Notes: generated from the letters alone by a model not told the origin. A stretch of 64,000 bases of DNA from Eledone cirrhosa (GCA_964016885.1 OZ024743.1:88164001-88228000), one strand, 5' to 3'; numbered from the stretch's first letter, positions 30,340 through 44,422 are shown. Made by a program: numbers and translations.

Positions 30340-31146
30340 TACAGAGTGTATTGGGTATATTTTTCTGTAGCACCCACACCACTACTTTACAGAGTGAACT
30401 GGGTACAATTTATTCTGGTATCAACCTTAACACTTTACAGAGTGGACTGGGTACATTTTATTGTGGTATCAACCTTAACACTTTACAGAGTGGACTGGGT
30501 TCATTTTATTGTGGTATCAACCTTAACACTTTACAGGGTGGACTGGGTACATTTTATTGTGGTATCAACCTTAACACTTTACAGAGTGGACTGGGTACAT
30601 TTTATTGTGGTATCAACCTTAACACTTTACAGAGTTAACTGGGTACATTTTATTGTGGTATCAACCTTAACACTTTACAGAGTGGACTGGGTACATTTTA
30701 TTATGGTATCAACCTTAACACTTTACAGGGTGGACTGGGTACATTTTATTGTGGTATCAACCTTAACACTTTACAGGGTGGACTGGGTACATTTTATCGT
30801 GGTATCAACCTTAACACTTTACAGGGTGGACTGGGTACATTTTATCGTGGTATCAACCTTAACACTTTACAGGGTGGACTGGGTACATTTTATTGTGGTA
30901 TCAACCTTAACACTTTACAGGGTGGACTGGGTACATTTTATCGTGGTATCAACCTTAACACTTTACAGGGTGGACTGGGTACATTTTATCGTGGTATCAA
31001 CCTTAACACTTTACAGGGTGTACTGGGTACATTTTATTGCGGTATCAACCTTAACACTTTACAGGGTAGACTGGGTACATTTTATTGTGGTATCAACCTT
31101 AACACTTTACAGGGTGGACTGGGTACATTTTATCGTGGTATCAACA
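30340..31146. repeat. 48-bp minisatellite, about 17 copies
   Basis: Unit ctttacagggtggactgggtacattttattgtggtatcaaccttaaca. Confidence 0.96.
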
Positions 31147-33761
31147 TTCGTTTACATGTAGTTAATTTTTTGTTGTGTACCGACCTGTTACATGCATTTC
31201 CCAGAGGATTGGCTCATGGTCACCCATAGGGGTTATGGACCAGACTCCATTATTGATCTGCCCTTCAGACTGGTGATTCAACAAACTAAAAATTAAATAC
31301 ATGTAAATGAAACTTCATCATTTTCCTTAATATATACACTCATCCTGTGCATTGAGTGTTTATTTTGGTACCACCACCAGTATTTTACTGAATCACATAC
31401 ACTATATATGTGTATATATATATATATATCATCATCATCATCTTCATCACCGTTTAACATCCATTCTCTATGCTTGCATGGGTTAGATGAGTCATCCACA
31501 TCAGGAGTCAAGTCTGCCCAGATTTGCCATGCCATACCTTACTCAGACAGAACTGTAAATTTGGCTGGGAATTTTACAGCTGAATACAATAAATGTAATC
31601 TGAGTTTTCCGAATATTAATAATTGTTTCTACTTTAGGCACAAGGCCAGCAATTACCCAGTGTCTTACTGGTACTTTATTTTATCGACCCCGTAAGGATG
31701 AAAGGCAAAGTCAACCTCGGCAGGATTTGAACTCAGATCGTAAAGGGACGTAACTATGCTGGAAAGCATGGCGTCCGACCCTCTACCAATACTGCCAATC
31801 CACCGAATATTAATAATAACATTCGATTTGTTTGCAATTTTGCAAACAAGCCTCAATTTTATAGCCATGTCAGGTGAATGAACACTTCATTCTTGCTCTT
31901 ATGTTGACATGCAAACAGAACTGCAGACACTAATGTTTCTGGGTATCACCCTTCATCAGTACAGCTCACTGTTCACCTGCCAAACTGTCAGAGCTAGTGA
32001 AAATATATGCTATTTTCAAAAATACACAGTGACTGATCGGCCTGATTTGCATATTAGCAGATCCACTGATCAGCCAGATTTGCATATCAGCAGACTGGCC
32101 AGTCAGTTTCCTGTATATGAGCGATAAATGGCTGCCTTGCCAAATTCAAATAAAAAAGAAAATTTCGCTCTACATGGCTGAATACAATAAATGTAATCTG
32201 AGTTTTTTGAATATTAATAATAACATTCGATTCGTTTGCAAGAATTAAGGGTTCATTCTACTGACATGGCTATAAAATTGAGGCTTGTTTGCAAAATTGC
32301 AAACGAATCGAATATTGGCAGTATCGGTAGAGGGTTGGACGCCATGGTTTCTAACATAGTTACGTCCCTTTACAGTCTGAGTTCAAATCCCGCCGAGGTT
32401 AACTTTGCCTTTCATCCTTACGGGGTCGATAAAATAAAGTACCAGTAATGTACTGGTTAATTGCTGGCCTTGTGCCTTAAGTAGAAACAATTATTAATAT
32501 TCGAAAAACTCAGATTACATTTATATATATATATCATCATCATCATCATTTTACGTCCACTTTTCCCTGCTTGCAAGGGTGGGTAGGGAACTGATTCTGG
32601 CTTGATTTCTACAGCTGGATGCCCTTCCTAACACCAATATATATATATATATATATCATCATCATCATCGTTTAATGTCCATCTTCCATGCTAGCATGAG
32701 TAGGACAGGTTGTCCCTTTGTGAGGGATCAGGTCAGGGGACCATGATTCACTCACTCAGAACTGATTTGGCTTGGTTTCTATGGCTGGATGCCCTTCCTA
32801 ACACCAACCACATTTACAGCGTGTGCTGGGTGCTTTTTGCCGTGTTGCCTACATGACCACTTTACAGCGTGGACTGGGTGCTCTTTGTCACGACACCCAC
32901 ACAACCACTTTATGGTGTGGACTGCGTACCTTCTGTTGTGACACCCACACGACCACCTTACAGTGTGTACTGGGTGCTCACTTTTGTCATGACACCTACA
33001 TGACCACTATAGTAGACTGGGCTCTTTTGTTGTGGCTCCAGGGAGGATCACTTTATAGAGGAGGTTGGGAACTTGGGAGGGGTGGGGAAGATGCTTTGGG
33101 AAATTGGGAACGTAGGTATAAGGGAGGTTTGTGGGAGGTGAGATGGTAGGGAATGGTGTTGCCTACTAAGTATATGCCTCAGCCTGAGAATAATAGAGGG
33201 CGGGTCTTCTGTAATACATCATAGCCACCAGAGGTCACAGTCCTGTGCCATTGCCCTATTGAGGGGTAATTGAGCAAAGTCAGCTCTTATTACCTCATCC
33301 CAAGTCTTCCTAGGCCTGCCTACTCCATGGCTACCATATATATATAGGCTTCAGGCTTCTGTAGTTTCCATCTACCAAATTTCACACATAGGCGTTGCGC
33401 AAGCTGAGACTATAGTAAAAGACACGTGCCCAAGGTATCACACAATGGGACTGAACCTGGAAACACCTGGTTACAAAGCGACTGCTTTAACCACACAGCC
33501 AACCCTACTTATAAACTTTATACTTCAAACATTTTTGCTCAAACTGTTTTGCTTTTTTTTCATTTATTTCATTATGAAGTCTTTAATGGAGTCCTCAAAA
33601 CTAGTCTAGTGAAACAAATCTGCTTTTATATTTAACATGTATACATATATACATACATATATACATATATATATATATACATACATATATACACATACAT
33701 ATGGACATACATATATACATACATATATATATACATACATATATACATACATATATATAAT

Positions 33762-34103
33762 GGAGGCACATGGCTTAGTGGTTAGAGCATTGGCCTTGCA
33801 ATCGAAAGGTTGTGAGTTCAATTCTCAGACCGGGTGATGTGTTGTTTCCTTGAGCAAGACACGTTATTTCACATTGCTCCAGTTTACTCAGCTGTAGAAA
33901 TGAGATGATAGGACTGGGGTCCCTATCATTCCACTGTAAAGTGGTCGTGGAGGTGCCACGGCAAAAGAGCACCCAGCACTCACTGTAAATGAGGTTGGTG
34001 TTAGGAAGAGCATCCAGCTGTAGAAATCAAGCCAGAATCAGTTCACGTCCAACCCTTGCAAGCAGGGAAAAGTGGACGTAAAATGATGATGATGATGATG
34101 ATA
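33762..34103 (+). mobile_element. Complete CORE-type SINE with (ATG)n tail; near-identical copies at 34834-35165 (+) and 41425-41760 (-)
   Basis: tggcttagtggttagagc...gagttcaattc...gttaggaag(a/g)gcatccagctgtagaaatc...ggacgtaaaatgatgatg. Confidence 0.88.
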
Positions 34104-35277
34104 TACATACGTACATATGGACATACATACGTATAATCATATGACATACATACATAATACATACATATGACATACATAATACATACATACGTATGTATAT
34201 ACATACACATATACTTATATGTATGCATACATACATAGATACATATGTGTATCATACATACAGACAAACATTAATACATATATACATACATGCATATATA
34301 TATACATACATACATACACATACACACACATACATTTATATATGCATACACACATACACACACAGATACATTTATATAAGCATACACACACACATACTAG
34401 TACATACATTACATACATAAACACACACATATACATATCAACATGCATACACACACACACACATCTTTAGCAAACAAGGCATCCATCTTGCGGAGTCACA
34501 TAGTTGTTCTGTTGAGATTTTTTTTTAACATGTTCCAATTGAGAGATTTCAGCTCACTTCCATTTGTAGTTCATTCTATTGAACTAATTTTCACTGACCT
34601 TTTATTTAGTAACTTAATATGTTTAAATAATTAACATAGTTACCTCCTCTCCATGTTGGTAAAAATCAAGTAATTTATTTAATGAGAAATTCAGCAACTT
34701 ATTTGTTACTTCAGGTCATTTAACATGTTAAAACAATAATTTGTAGGTTTAATATACTAATAAAGAAAAAATCACAAGTAAATGAACAAACTGACATACA
34801 CGCACATATATATATATACACATATGTGACACATGGAGGCACATGGCTTAGTGGTTAGAGCATTGGCCTTGCAATCGAAAGGTTGTGAGTTCAATTCTCA
34901 GACCAGGTGATGTGTTGTTTCCTTGAGCAAGACACTTTATTTCACATTGCTCCAGTTTACTCAGCTGTAGAAATGAGATGATAGGGACCCCACTGCAAAG
35001 TGGTCGTGGAGGTGCCATTGCAAAAAAGCACCCAGCACTTACTGTAAATGAGGTTGGTGTTAGGAAGGGCATCCAGCTGTAGAAATCAAGCCAGAATCAG
35101 TTCCCGTCCCACCCTTGCAAGCAGGGAAAAGCGGACGTAAAATGAAATGATGAATGAATGATGATGTGTATATATATATATAGCCCATTATTTCTATAAA
35201 CAATATATATATATATACATATACACACATATGCATATATATACACTCACACACATATATATATACACATACATACA

Positions 35278-35664
35278 TACTCTTGTGTCTTGAATAATCA
35301 TCATTGTCGTCCCAGCTTATTAATTTTCAGAATTTTTCCACACACACCCTGCTATTATTCCAGCCCTCACTCTGCTTATTAAATTTTGCTAATCTATCTC
35401 CACCAAAATTTTATTTTAAGTGGTAGCATTCCTGTGATAATTAATTTTCTTTATACATTAAAAAACTTCATACAAAGATCATTACAAGAAATCCCATACG
35501 CTATAAAATAAATAAGATGGGTTGGGGTCTCAATATGTAAACTAAACAACTAATTCTGTTTTTTAAAATAATCAAGGGAGACAACCTAAAAAAATTACCG
35601 ATTTTCCACCCCACCCTACCCCCTGATTATTCCACATACTCCTATTATTTGGGACTTGAGAGTA
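35278..35664. mobile_element. MITE with TA-flanked TIRs; opposite-orientation copy at about 50660-50966
   Basis: tactcttgtgtcttgaataa / ttatttgggacttgagagta; shared internal ggtagcattcctg and ttttgctaatctatctcca. Confidence 0.6.
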
Positions 35665-35849
35665 CATATATACATACATATATACGACTTTCACCTCCAA
35701 CCCACCCCACTCTTCCATATACCTCCCATGAGCACAGGCTGAAGTATACTCCACCTCAGCCCCCTTCCACTTACCTCCCACGTACTAACACTCTGCCCTT
35801 CACACACCTCCCCCAATCCCCACACACCCCTTCCACCAAAGTCCCTAGC

Positions 35850-36245
35850 CCACACTGTAAAGTGGTCATATAGATGTCACAACAAAAATCACCCAGTACA
35901 CACTGTAAAGTGGTCGTGTAAGAGTCATGACAAAAAGCACCCATCCCACACTGTAAAGTGGTTGTGTCGGTGACACGACAAAAATCACCCAGTACACACT
36001 GTAAAGTGGTCATGTAGGAATCCCGACAAAAATCAGCCAGTACACACTGTAAAGTGGTCATGTAGGAATCCCGACAAAAATCGGCCAGTACACACTGTAA
36101 AGTGGTTATGTAGGAGTCACGACAAAAATCACCCAGTCCACACTGTAAAATGGTCATGTAGGAATCCCAACAAAAATCACCCAGTACACACTGTAAAGTG
36201 TTCATGTAAGAGTCATGACAAAAAGCATCCAGTATACATTGTAAA
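35850..36245. repeat. 48-bp minisatellite, about 8 copies, related to the 21539, 30340 and 32813 arrays but in opposite orientation
   Basis: Unit cactgtaaagtggtcatgtaggaatcccgacaaaaatcacccagtaca. Confidence 0.9.
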
Positions 36246-36997
36246 TGAGGTTGGTATTAGGACGGGCATCCATCTATAGAAACCAAGCCAAAATCAGTTC
36301 TGTATGAGCATTAAATGGTCACCTGACCCAGCATTTCTCACAACAGGACAACTCATTTAACCCATTTAACCCTAGCGTGGAAAAATGGACGTTAAACGTG
36401 ATGATGATGATGATGATGATGATATTCACTCAAGCTTTTGAAACACTCATAAAACAATGAACCTAGCCTTCTTTGTTCTCACCCACAAGTATATGACTTT
36501 GTAGTTCATTGAAATACTCAACAAAATCTAATATGATGCTACAAAAACAAAAGACCTTTTGCCCTATATTTCTTTGAGATGTTCATATCTGCACTACATA
36601 GAGTTCTAAGTTTTATCATACACACAGTCATACATAGAAACAGACATACTTGCAGACAGACAAATAGATAGATGTATTTATACATATATGTGGTTGGTGT
36701 TAGGAAGGGCATCCAGCTGTAAAAAAAACCAGCTGTAAAAAAATACAGTTCCGTTTGAGCAAGGTACGGTGCTGCCAACTGGCCAGACATGTTTTATAAT
36801 GTGGACATGTTTTATAAAGTGTAGAAAAATAGATGTTAAACGATGTAATGATGATGATATATATGCATCTTCCTTTGTAATCCTGTCTCTATTTTTATAT
36901 TCCTGAATTCAGGACACATCAAACTTCCTTTCCCTTTTCCATGTAAAGCGTGAAACTAATAAGACTTATTTTTACCTCTGTTTGTTACCTCTGTTTG

Positions 36998-37081
<84 letters not shown>

Positions 37082-37389
37082 TTCAAGAGTAACCAATCTT
37101 AAAGAGAGAGATGGAGATAGGAGAGGAGAGATTGGTGAATTTGTTAGAAGCCAAAAGCGTAAAGGCATGTGCTCAATGTGCAATATGCAGTGGAAGGCAG
37201 TTCATCCTTATGGGGTCGATAAAATAAAGTACCAGTAATCTACTGGGTAATTTCTGGCCTTGTGCCTAAAGTAGAAATAATTATTATTCCTTACATTAAA
37301 CTATATTTACACTCCTCATTCCTTACATTAAACTAGAACTATGTTGACAATCTTTAAATAATGTCTTCCTTGTGAAATTTGTGGTCTTG

Positions 37390-37446
<57 letters not shown>

Positions 37447-37632
37447 ATATATACATATATGTGTATGGTGGTGGCATTATTGATGAAGGTTGTGATTATA
37501 GGGAGTTTTGTTGGTGGTCATGGTGGAACTGATCATGACAATGATCCTCATGGTGATGATAATGACAATGACGATGACAATGATAATGACAATGATGACA
37601 CTGATGTTTACTATTGTATTGTTGTTTCCCAG

Positions 37633-37819
37633 GGCTACTATTTCTATTTGTTTGGGATGAGTATCGTGTTCCTTTTGTATGCCTACGTCTACATACTCCA
37701 CACTCGCACATTGGGAGGAATGACAAAGTTTCGCAAGTCAGAAGACAACCTACATTACCGGATGAGATACAAAACCATCAGTGATACAGGAAGTTTTTAC
37801 TTGCGACTCGGAGCAGTCG
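37633..37819 (+). CDS. OTOP: Otopetrin exon 5 (GYYFYLFGMSIVFLLYAY...TGSFYLRLGAV)
   Basis: tttcccag acceptor, G|gtatgt donor; GSFYLRLGA is an otopetrin signature. Confidence 0.95.
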
Positions 37820-37939
37820 GTATGTATTTATTACTTGCTCTCTCTCTCTCTCTCTCTTGCTCTTGCTTACTCTCTCTCTTTCCTTCTCTATCCCTCTCTC
37901 TAAAGGAAAACAACAGCAGCACATGCTTACAACTAACCA

Positions 37940-37972
<33 letters not shown>

Positions 37973-37975
<3 letters not shown>

Positions 37976-38048
37976 GGTGTCCCAAAAATGTATACACACT
38001 TCAACATAAATATAATCAAAGTGTGTATCATTTTTGGGGGACACCCTG
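37973..38048. mobile_element. 76-bp Tc1/mariner-type MITE
   Basis: ta-cagggtgtcccaaaaatg...catttttgggggacaccctg-ta; almost entirely TIR. Confidence 0.8.
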
Positions 38049-38119
38049 TATATACATTAATTAGAGTACGTGTTAGTTTATCATAAACACTTTAGTATGC
38101 AGGGTACTTGACGAAGTGA

Positions 38120-38650
38120 GTCTGACCTGATCTGGCTGATCCAATCTGGTCTGGTCTGGTCTGATCCAGTTAAATTTGATCTGATCCGGCTGATCCAATC
38201 TGGTCTGATCCAGTTTAATCCAATCCAGGCTTATCTGATTCAGTTTGGCCTGATCCGGGCTGATCTGATTCGGTTTGGTCTGATTCCGTCTGATCTGATC
38301 CTGTCCAATTCAATCTGGCCTGATCCGATCTGGCCCAATCTGGTCTAGAGAAATCCAATCCAGTCCAATTTGGTCTGACCTGGTCAAATCTGATCTGATC
38401 CGGCTAATCCAATCTAGTCTGATCTGAACCAGTTTGAGCCAATCTGGTTTGATCCAATTTAGACTAATCCCGTTTGATCCAATCCAGTTTGATTTGATCC
38501 AGCCCAATCTGATCTATAGCAATCTGATCCAGTCCAATTTGACTCAATCTGGTTTGACCCAATCTGGCCTGATCCAGTCCAATCCGATCTGATCTGATCC
38601 AATCTGGCCTGTTCCAGTTCAATTCAATCTGGTCCAATCCAATCTGTTTT
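38120..38650. repeat. Degenerate pentamer repeat (ctgat/ccaat/ctggt)
   Basis: 5-bp periodicity is visible throughout. Confidence 0.85.
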
Positions 38651-39437
38651 GTTCAGACTTGGAGAAGGATGAGCTCTGCTAATTCTATCGGGGGTTTTTA
38701 AAGCTGAAATATGATTAATTTCTTTTGTTTGCCAGAGTTCTCACAGATATATAACAAAGGCGAAGAGTTTATTGAATTGACCTTGCTATATGACTGGTAT
38801 TTCAGTAGCAATTAGAGTCATTATAAGGTATAGGACAAATCATGCTAATGTTAACTTTACCTTTAATCTCTCTCAGAGTCAATAAAACAAAGTACCAATC
38901 CAGGCTTCATATTAAAATGCTTACTGCTCATATCCAAATTATCTTGTACTCATATTAAAAAGTGTATTATTCATCTTGTTCCCAAATTGCTTCATATTCC
39001 ATTCTCACATTCCTTTTTTTTCTTTGATTAGTTTCAATTCAAAACTTTAGAAAGTGTAGACAGCCAAAACAAATAACACATGGCATTTTGTCCTGTGTTT
39101 TAACAACTCTGCCTATTTACTGCCTGAAAAAAAAGTATATGTGTTTCAAATTATTTTGAAAATAATAAAAACCTGGGTGGGATTTAGTAATATAGCGGTA
39201 ATCCTGCCCTGCTTCTTTTGAAGTAAAAACAACTAAGTAAATAAAACACAGCCATGAAAAGATAAGACTATTCAAGTTATATTTTGAGTTAATTTTCAAC
39301 ACTTTCTCTCTTTTTGAAGTTCCCCAATCACTTATTTCAATTTCAATATTCAATGATTTTAAAATTCTTCTTCTTCTTCTTCTTCTTCTTCTTCTTCTTC
39401 TTCTTCTTCTTCTCCTTCTTCTTCTTCTTTATATATA

Positions 39438-39473
<36 letters not shown>

Positions 39474-39629
39474 AGAAATTGACAAAGAGAAGACAACAAA
39501 TGAAAACAAGGCAGAATGGAAAATGGTTGGGGGAAATAAAAAAAATAAACGAAAGACACAGAACTCCAAAGTCTTCAGCTGTCGAGATGGACTGTCGCAG
39601 TTTTGACCCCTACCAACAATACTGCTGGT

Positions 39630-39692
<63 letters not shown>

Positions 39693-39979
39693 AAAAGAGT
39701 CAGGACCCCGACGGCTGAGCTCTGGCCATTTCAACAGCTAGATCCGAACTTAGATCTAGCTAGCGAAACGGCCGGAGCTCAGCCATCGGGGTCCTGACTA
39801 TTTTCCTATTACTCACTCTACTACCCTAAGTATCGAGTACTCTGGTGCGTATGGTCCACCTGGTTCCTTACCACACTTCCTTCATTATATATATATATAC
39901 ATATATATTATATTATATTGTATATATGTGTGTGTGTGTTTGTATCTATATATATAACATATGTGTTTATATTTTGCAG

Positions 39980-40140
39980 GTTTTGGGATAGGAAGTATGA
40001 TAAAGAGTGGACTCCAGTTTGGGGAGTTCTTTGAACTGGACCTACGGTCCCCTTGTATCAACGTCCTACAGCGACTGCTACCAATTGTACATCTCACATT
40101 TACATTTGCACAGCTTTATTTTGTATTCCTCAATTCTAAG
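39980..40140 (+). CDS. OTOP: Otopetrin exon 6 (GFGIGSMIKSGLQFG...FTFAQLYFVFLNSK)
   Basis: ttttgcag acceptor, AAG|gtaagt donor; FGIGSM and FTFxQLYFxFLN motifs. Confidence 0.95.
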
Positions 40141-40694
40141 GTAAGTCACGTTTACTTCTTCCCCCCTCTACTTTCCTCCTCTAATACCTCCTCCACTTCT
40201 TCCTCAATTCTAAGGTAAGTCATCCCCACCTCCACCATCTAGCTTCACCTCATCTCCTTGTATCCCCACCACCACCTTTGTCTATATTCTATGTTATGTC
40301 AGCCCCTCATCCCCCTCTACTATCCCCTCCACCACCTATTCCTTAATTCTAAGGTAAGTCACCCCCCCCCCCTCTCATTATTCTCTACCTTCACCCCTCT
40401 TCCCCCTGTAACCCCCACCACTTTCTCAAATTTCACTATCCCCTCTACTCCTCTATCTTACCTCCCCCTAATTTTCAATTTTAATGTATGTCCTCCCATC
40501 TTCTACCCTGTGGTACCAACTTAGCTAGACTCTACCATTTGGTAGTACCAACTTATAATGTTGGTGGTTGTAAGAAACTGTGATGAAAATTGCACATCAC
40601 CCAATCATTCACCCTTTTCATACCAACCTGCCTCAAACTGCCTCTGGCTTTATTATATAAATCTGTTCTTTTTAAAGTGTTCATGTTCCCGTAA

Positions 40695-41125
40695 CTGGTG
40701 CAGCTAGTCGTTGGGGTGCCACTAGTGCAGCCAGTCGTTGGGGTGCCACTCTAAATGTGCCACTGGTACAGCCAGTCGTTGGGGTGCCACTCTAGATGTG
40801 CCACTAGTGCAGCCAGTCGTTGGGGTGCCACTCTAAATGTGCCACTGGTACAGCCAGTCGTTGGGGTGCCACTCTAGATGTGCCACTAGTACAGCCAGTC
40901 GTTGGGGTGCCACTCTAAATGTGCCACTGCTGCAGCCAGTCGTTGGGGTGCCACTCTAAATGTGCCACTGCTGCAGCCAGTCGTTGGGGTGCCACTCTAA
41001 ATGTGCCACTGCTGCAGCCAGTCGTTGGGGTGCCACTCTAAATGTGCCACTGCTGCAGCCAGTCGTTGGGGTGCCACTCTAAATGTGCCACTGCTGCAGC
41101 CAGTCGTTGGGTGTCACTCTAGATG
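40695..41125. repeat. 41-bp minisatellite, about 10 copies
   Basis: Unit gcagccagtcgttggggtgccactctaaatgtgccactgct. Confidence 0.95.
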
Positions 41126-42365
41126 CTTTTCCAGTCAGTTGTCGCCATTAGTCTCTATTCTCCGCCATACATAGAAGGGTGTTGGTGTTGTGACCAGTCC
41201 AGTCTTTGCTGTACACCACACAATAGAACATATCAATTATTTTTATATACGAGAGTAGACTTAGTCATGCTCAAGGAGGGGAAATCAGATTGAAATGAGA
41301 AATCCTCCATTGGTAAACCTACATTTTTTCCCTGTTGATTTAAATACAGAAAATCTTTCTTTAAGGACTCACTCTACAAAATGCCCAGAAATACATACCT
41401 ATATATCTATGTGTTGTGTGTATGTATCATCATCATTATCATCATTTTACGTCCACTTTTCCCTGCTTGCAAGGGTGGGACAGGAACTGATTCTGGCTTG
41501 ATTTCTACAGCTGGATGCCCTTCCTAACACCAACCTCATTTACAGTGAGAGCTGGGTGCTTTTTTTTCCGTGGCGCCTACTCTACAGTGGAATGATAGGA
41601 ACCCCAGTCCTATCATCTCATTTCTACAGCTGAGTAAACTGGAGCAATGTGAAATAAAGTGTCTTGCTCAAGGAAACAACACATCACCCGGTCTGAGAAT
41701 TGAACTCACAACCTTTCGATTGCAAGCCCAATGCTCTAACCACTAAGCCATGTGCCTCCATGTATATATATATGAATTTGTATATGTGTGTATGTTGTGT
41801 GTATATTTTTCTTCTTCTTCTTCTCCCACTTATTCGTGAGGGGGTCTTAGAGGCAGAGTTCTCGAACACACACATGAGCTTCGCTGGTCTTAAGGATCCA
41901 GCCGGATCAGACGGTTGCTTCTGGCAGGAAGCAGTGTGTATATATATATACAAGAAAAAATTAAGTCATCACGTTTGTGTGGTGTATTGTATGTGGTGTG
42001 TAATCTATTATAAATACTCACATACATGTATTTGTGTGCCACTGCCTTTTGTTATTGTGTGTGTGTGTGCGCGCGCTACTGTTCCTATGGTCCAAGGGAA
42101 GCTACTCTAAATGTACACTGAACTCACAAAATTACTAATTCCTGAATTTGTATTTCTCATATCACAAATATATTCACACAAACACATGCATACTCTTTTA
42201 CTGATTTTAGACATTAGATTGCGGCCATGCTGGGGCATGCCCTTCAATTATGTCAACCCCAGTTCTTTTTTCTCAAAAGTCTAGTACTTATTTTATGAAG
42301 GTCTGTTTATCCAACTGCTGTTACAGGGTATAAACAGTTTGTAAACATAAAAGTAGACATGGAGG

Positions 42366-42413
<48 letters not shown>

Positions 42414-42654
42414 CATATATATATATATACACACATATATATCTATGTATGTGCGTGTGTGTATATATATATATATTAAAATATTATTTTGATAAATATT
42501 TGCTCTATGGTTTTTATATATTTGATATATATTTATCCTTATCGAGCCCTCTTTGGATTTTAGTCTTATTATTATTACTATATATATTTAGTCTTATTAC
42601 TATATATATATTTAGTCTTATTACTATATATATATTATTATTACTATATATATA

Positions 42655-43636
42655 GTCCCTTTTGTTTGTGGCATATATTAATGACATAGATGCCAACTTA
42701 AGGAATGGCACAGTACTAAAGTACGCAGACGACATCAAGCTGTACCTTGAGATAAAAAGGACAGATCCTGAACACTATAGATCTTGCTTGCAGTCTGACC
42801 TGGACACAATGCAACAATGGATCTCAGACTGGCAGCTCAAGCTAGCTGTGGACAAGTACACCACCATGCATTTTGGGAGTAAAAACCCAGCGTCCACATA
42901 CTCCCTCCACAGCATTAATATCAAGAAGTCTTCCTGTGAACGTGACCTGGGCATTACGGTCAGCAGCGATTTGCGTTGGACGAGGCACGTCTCTAAAATT
43001 GTCAAGAGGGCCGAGGGTGTCTTAGCATCACTCAGTAAGACCTTTGTCAGCCGCTCTCCAGATATCTATTTAAGGCTGTATACAGCTATGGTGCGACCAC
43101 ACTTAGAATTTTCATCACCAGTCTGGAACCCCTATCTTGCTCAGGACATTGACCGCCTGGAAACTGTTCAGAGACGTGCAACCAAGCGAATACCCTCCAT
43201 CAGGCATCTACCATACTCTGAGCGCCTTGCTTCCCTGGGCATGGATTCATTGAAGCTCCGACGCCTGGCAACTGACTTGGTAAACACCCACAAAATTGTT
43301 AACCATGTTTCCAACAACAACCCTGAGTACCCTTTTAATTTCCATGTGTTTCACGCACGTGGACATGCCCACAAAGTAAGAAAACAGCACAGTTCCCATG
43401 ACTTTCGAAAACATTTTTTCACGCTCAGAGTTGCTGAAGCATGGAACAAACTACCTGCATCAGTTGTTAGCTGTCGAGACACTGCATCCTTTAAGGCCTC
43501 CATGCTTCCCGAGATCCGCCAACACAACAGCTAACACATACACACATGTATCTCCCTGACATTTGTGTATTATTCTATGTACTATACATACACCTTTGAT
43601 GAGTTGTAATGCACCTGAGCACTTTACACAATAATT

Positions 43637-43668
<32 letters not shown>
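42655..43668 (+). mobile_element. 5'-truncated CR1-type LINE (RT C-terminal half, 3' UTR, (TTA)n tail)
   Basis: Uninterrupted 290-aa ORF with YIND, YADDIKLY, ERDLG, VRPHLEF, VQRRATK, RGH and RVAEAWNKLP. Confidence 0.95.
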
Positions 43669-43673
<5 letters not shown>

Positions 43674-44011
43674 ATATATATTTAGTCTTATTACTATATA
43701 TATATTATTATTACTATATATAAGGGCGGAGGATTGGCAGTATCGGTAGAGGGTCGGACGCCATGCTTTATAGCATAGTTACATCCCTTTAGGATCTGAG
43801 TTCAAATCCCGCCGAGGTTGACTTTGCCTTTCATCCTTACGGGGTCGATAAAATAAAGTACCAGTAATACACTGAGTAATTGCTGGCCTGGTGCCTAAAG
43901 TAGAAACAATTATTACTATATATATATTTGTGCCAAAATTAGAAACAATTATTACTATATATATATTTATATACATACACACATACATATACATATATAT
44001 ATTTATATATA

Positions 44012-44052
<41 letters not shown>

Positions 44053-44093
44053 GTGTGTGTATGTATATATGTATATATATGTGTGTGTATTTT

Positions 44094-44140
<47 letters not shown>

Positions 44141-44199
44141 TTACAAGAGAGAGATAAAACTTATATAACAAAGTTGTTGTTGAATATCTTTCCCTACAG

Positions 44200-44422
44200 A
44201 TGTGCATCCAAAGTTATAAAGCAATTGCCCGTTTCGGTTTGATGCACATGGTCGGTACCAATCTAAGTGTGTGGGCCCGTGATCTGGTGAAGGAGACCAT
44301 TAGGGAGATCCACGAACATACAAGTATCAAAGAAGTTAAGGTACATGCAACACCAGAAGCAGAACCTTTGACATTCACGGGAAGTGGTAATGGTTCTGAG
44401 TACACATTCAATCAGGACCATG
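44200..44422 (+). CDS. OTOP: Otopetrin exon 7 ([25 protein letters not shown]...QDH)
   Basis: ttccctacag acceptor, G|gtaagt donor; RFGLMH..TNL.VW signature. Confidence 0.95.

Noticed and set aside
32041-32100. Two ATTTGCAT octamer motifs in a short duplication
   Set aside because: Only a two-copy repeat of about 33 bp, with no independent support for regulatory function.
33762-33835. tRNA gene candidates (also 29232, 34834, 63327)
   Set aside because: A and B boxes continue into SINE bodies and lack a proper acceptor stem and terminator.
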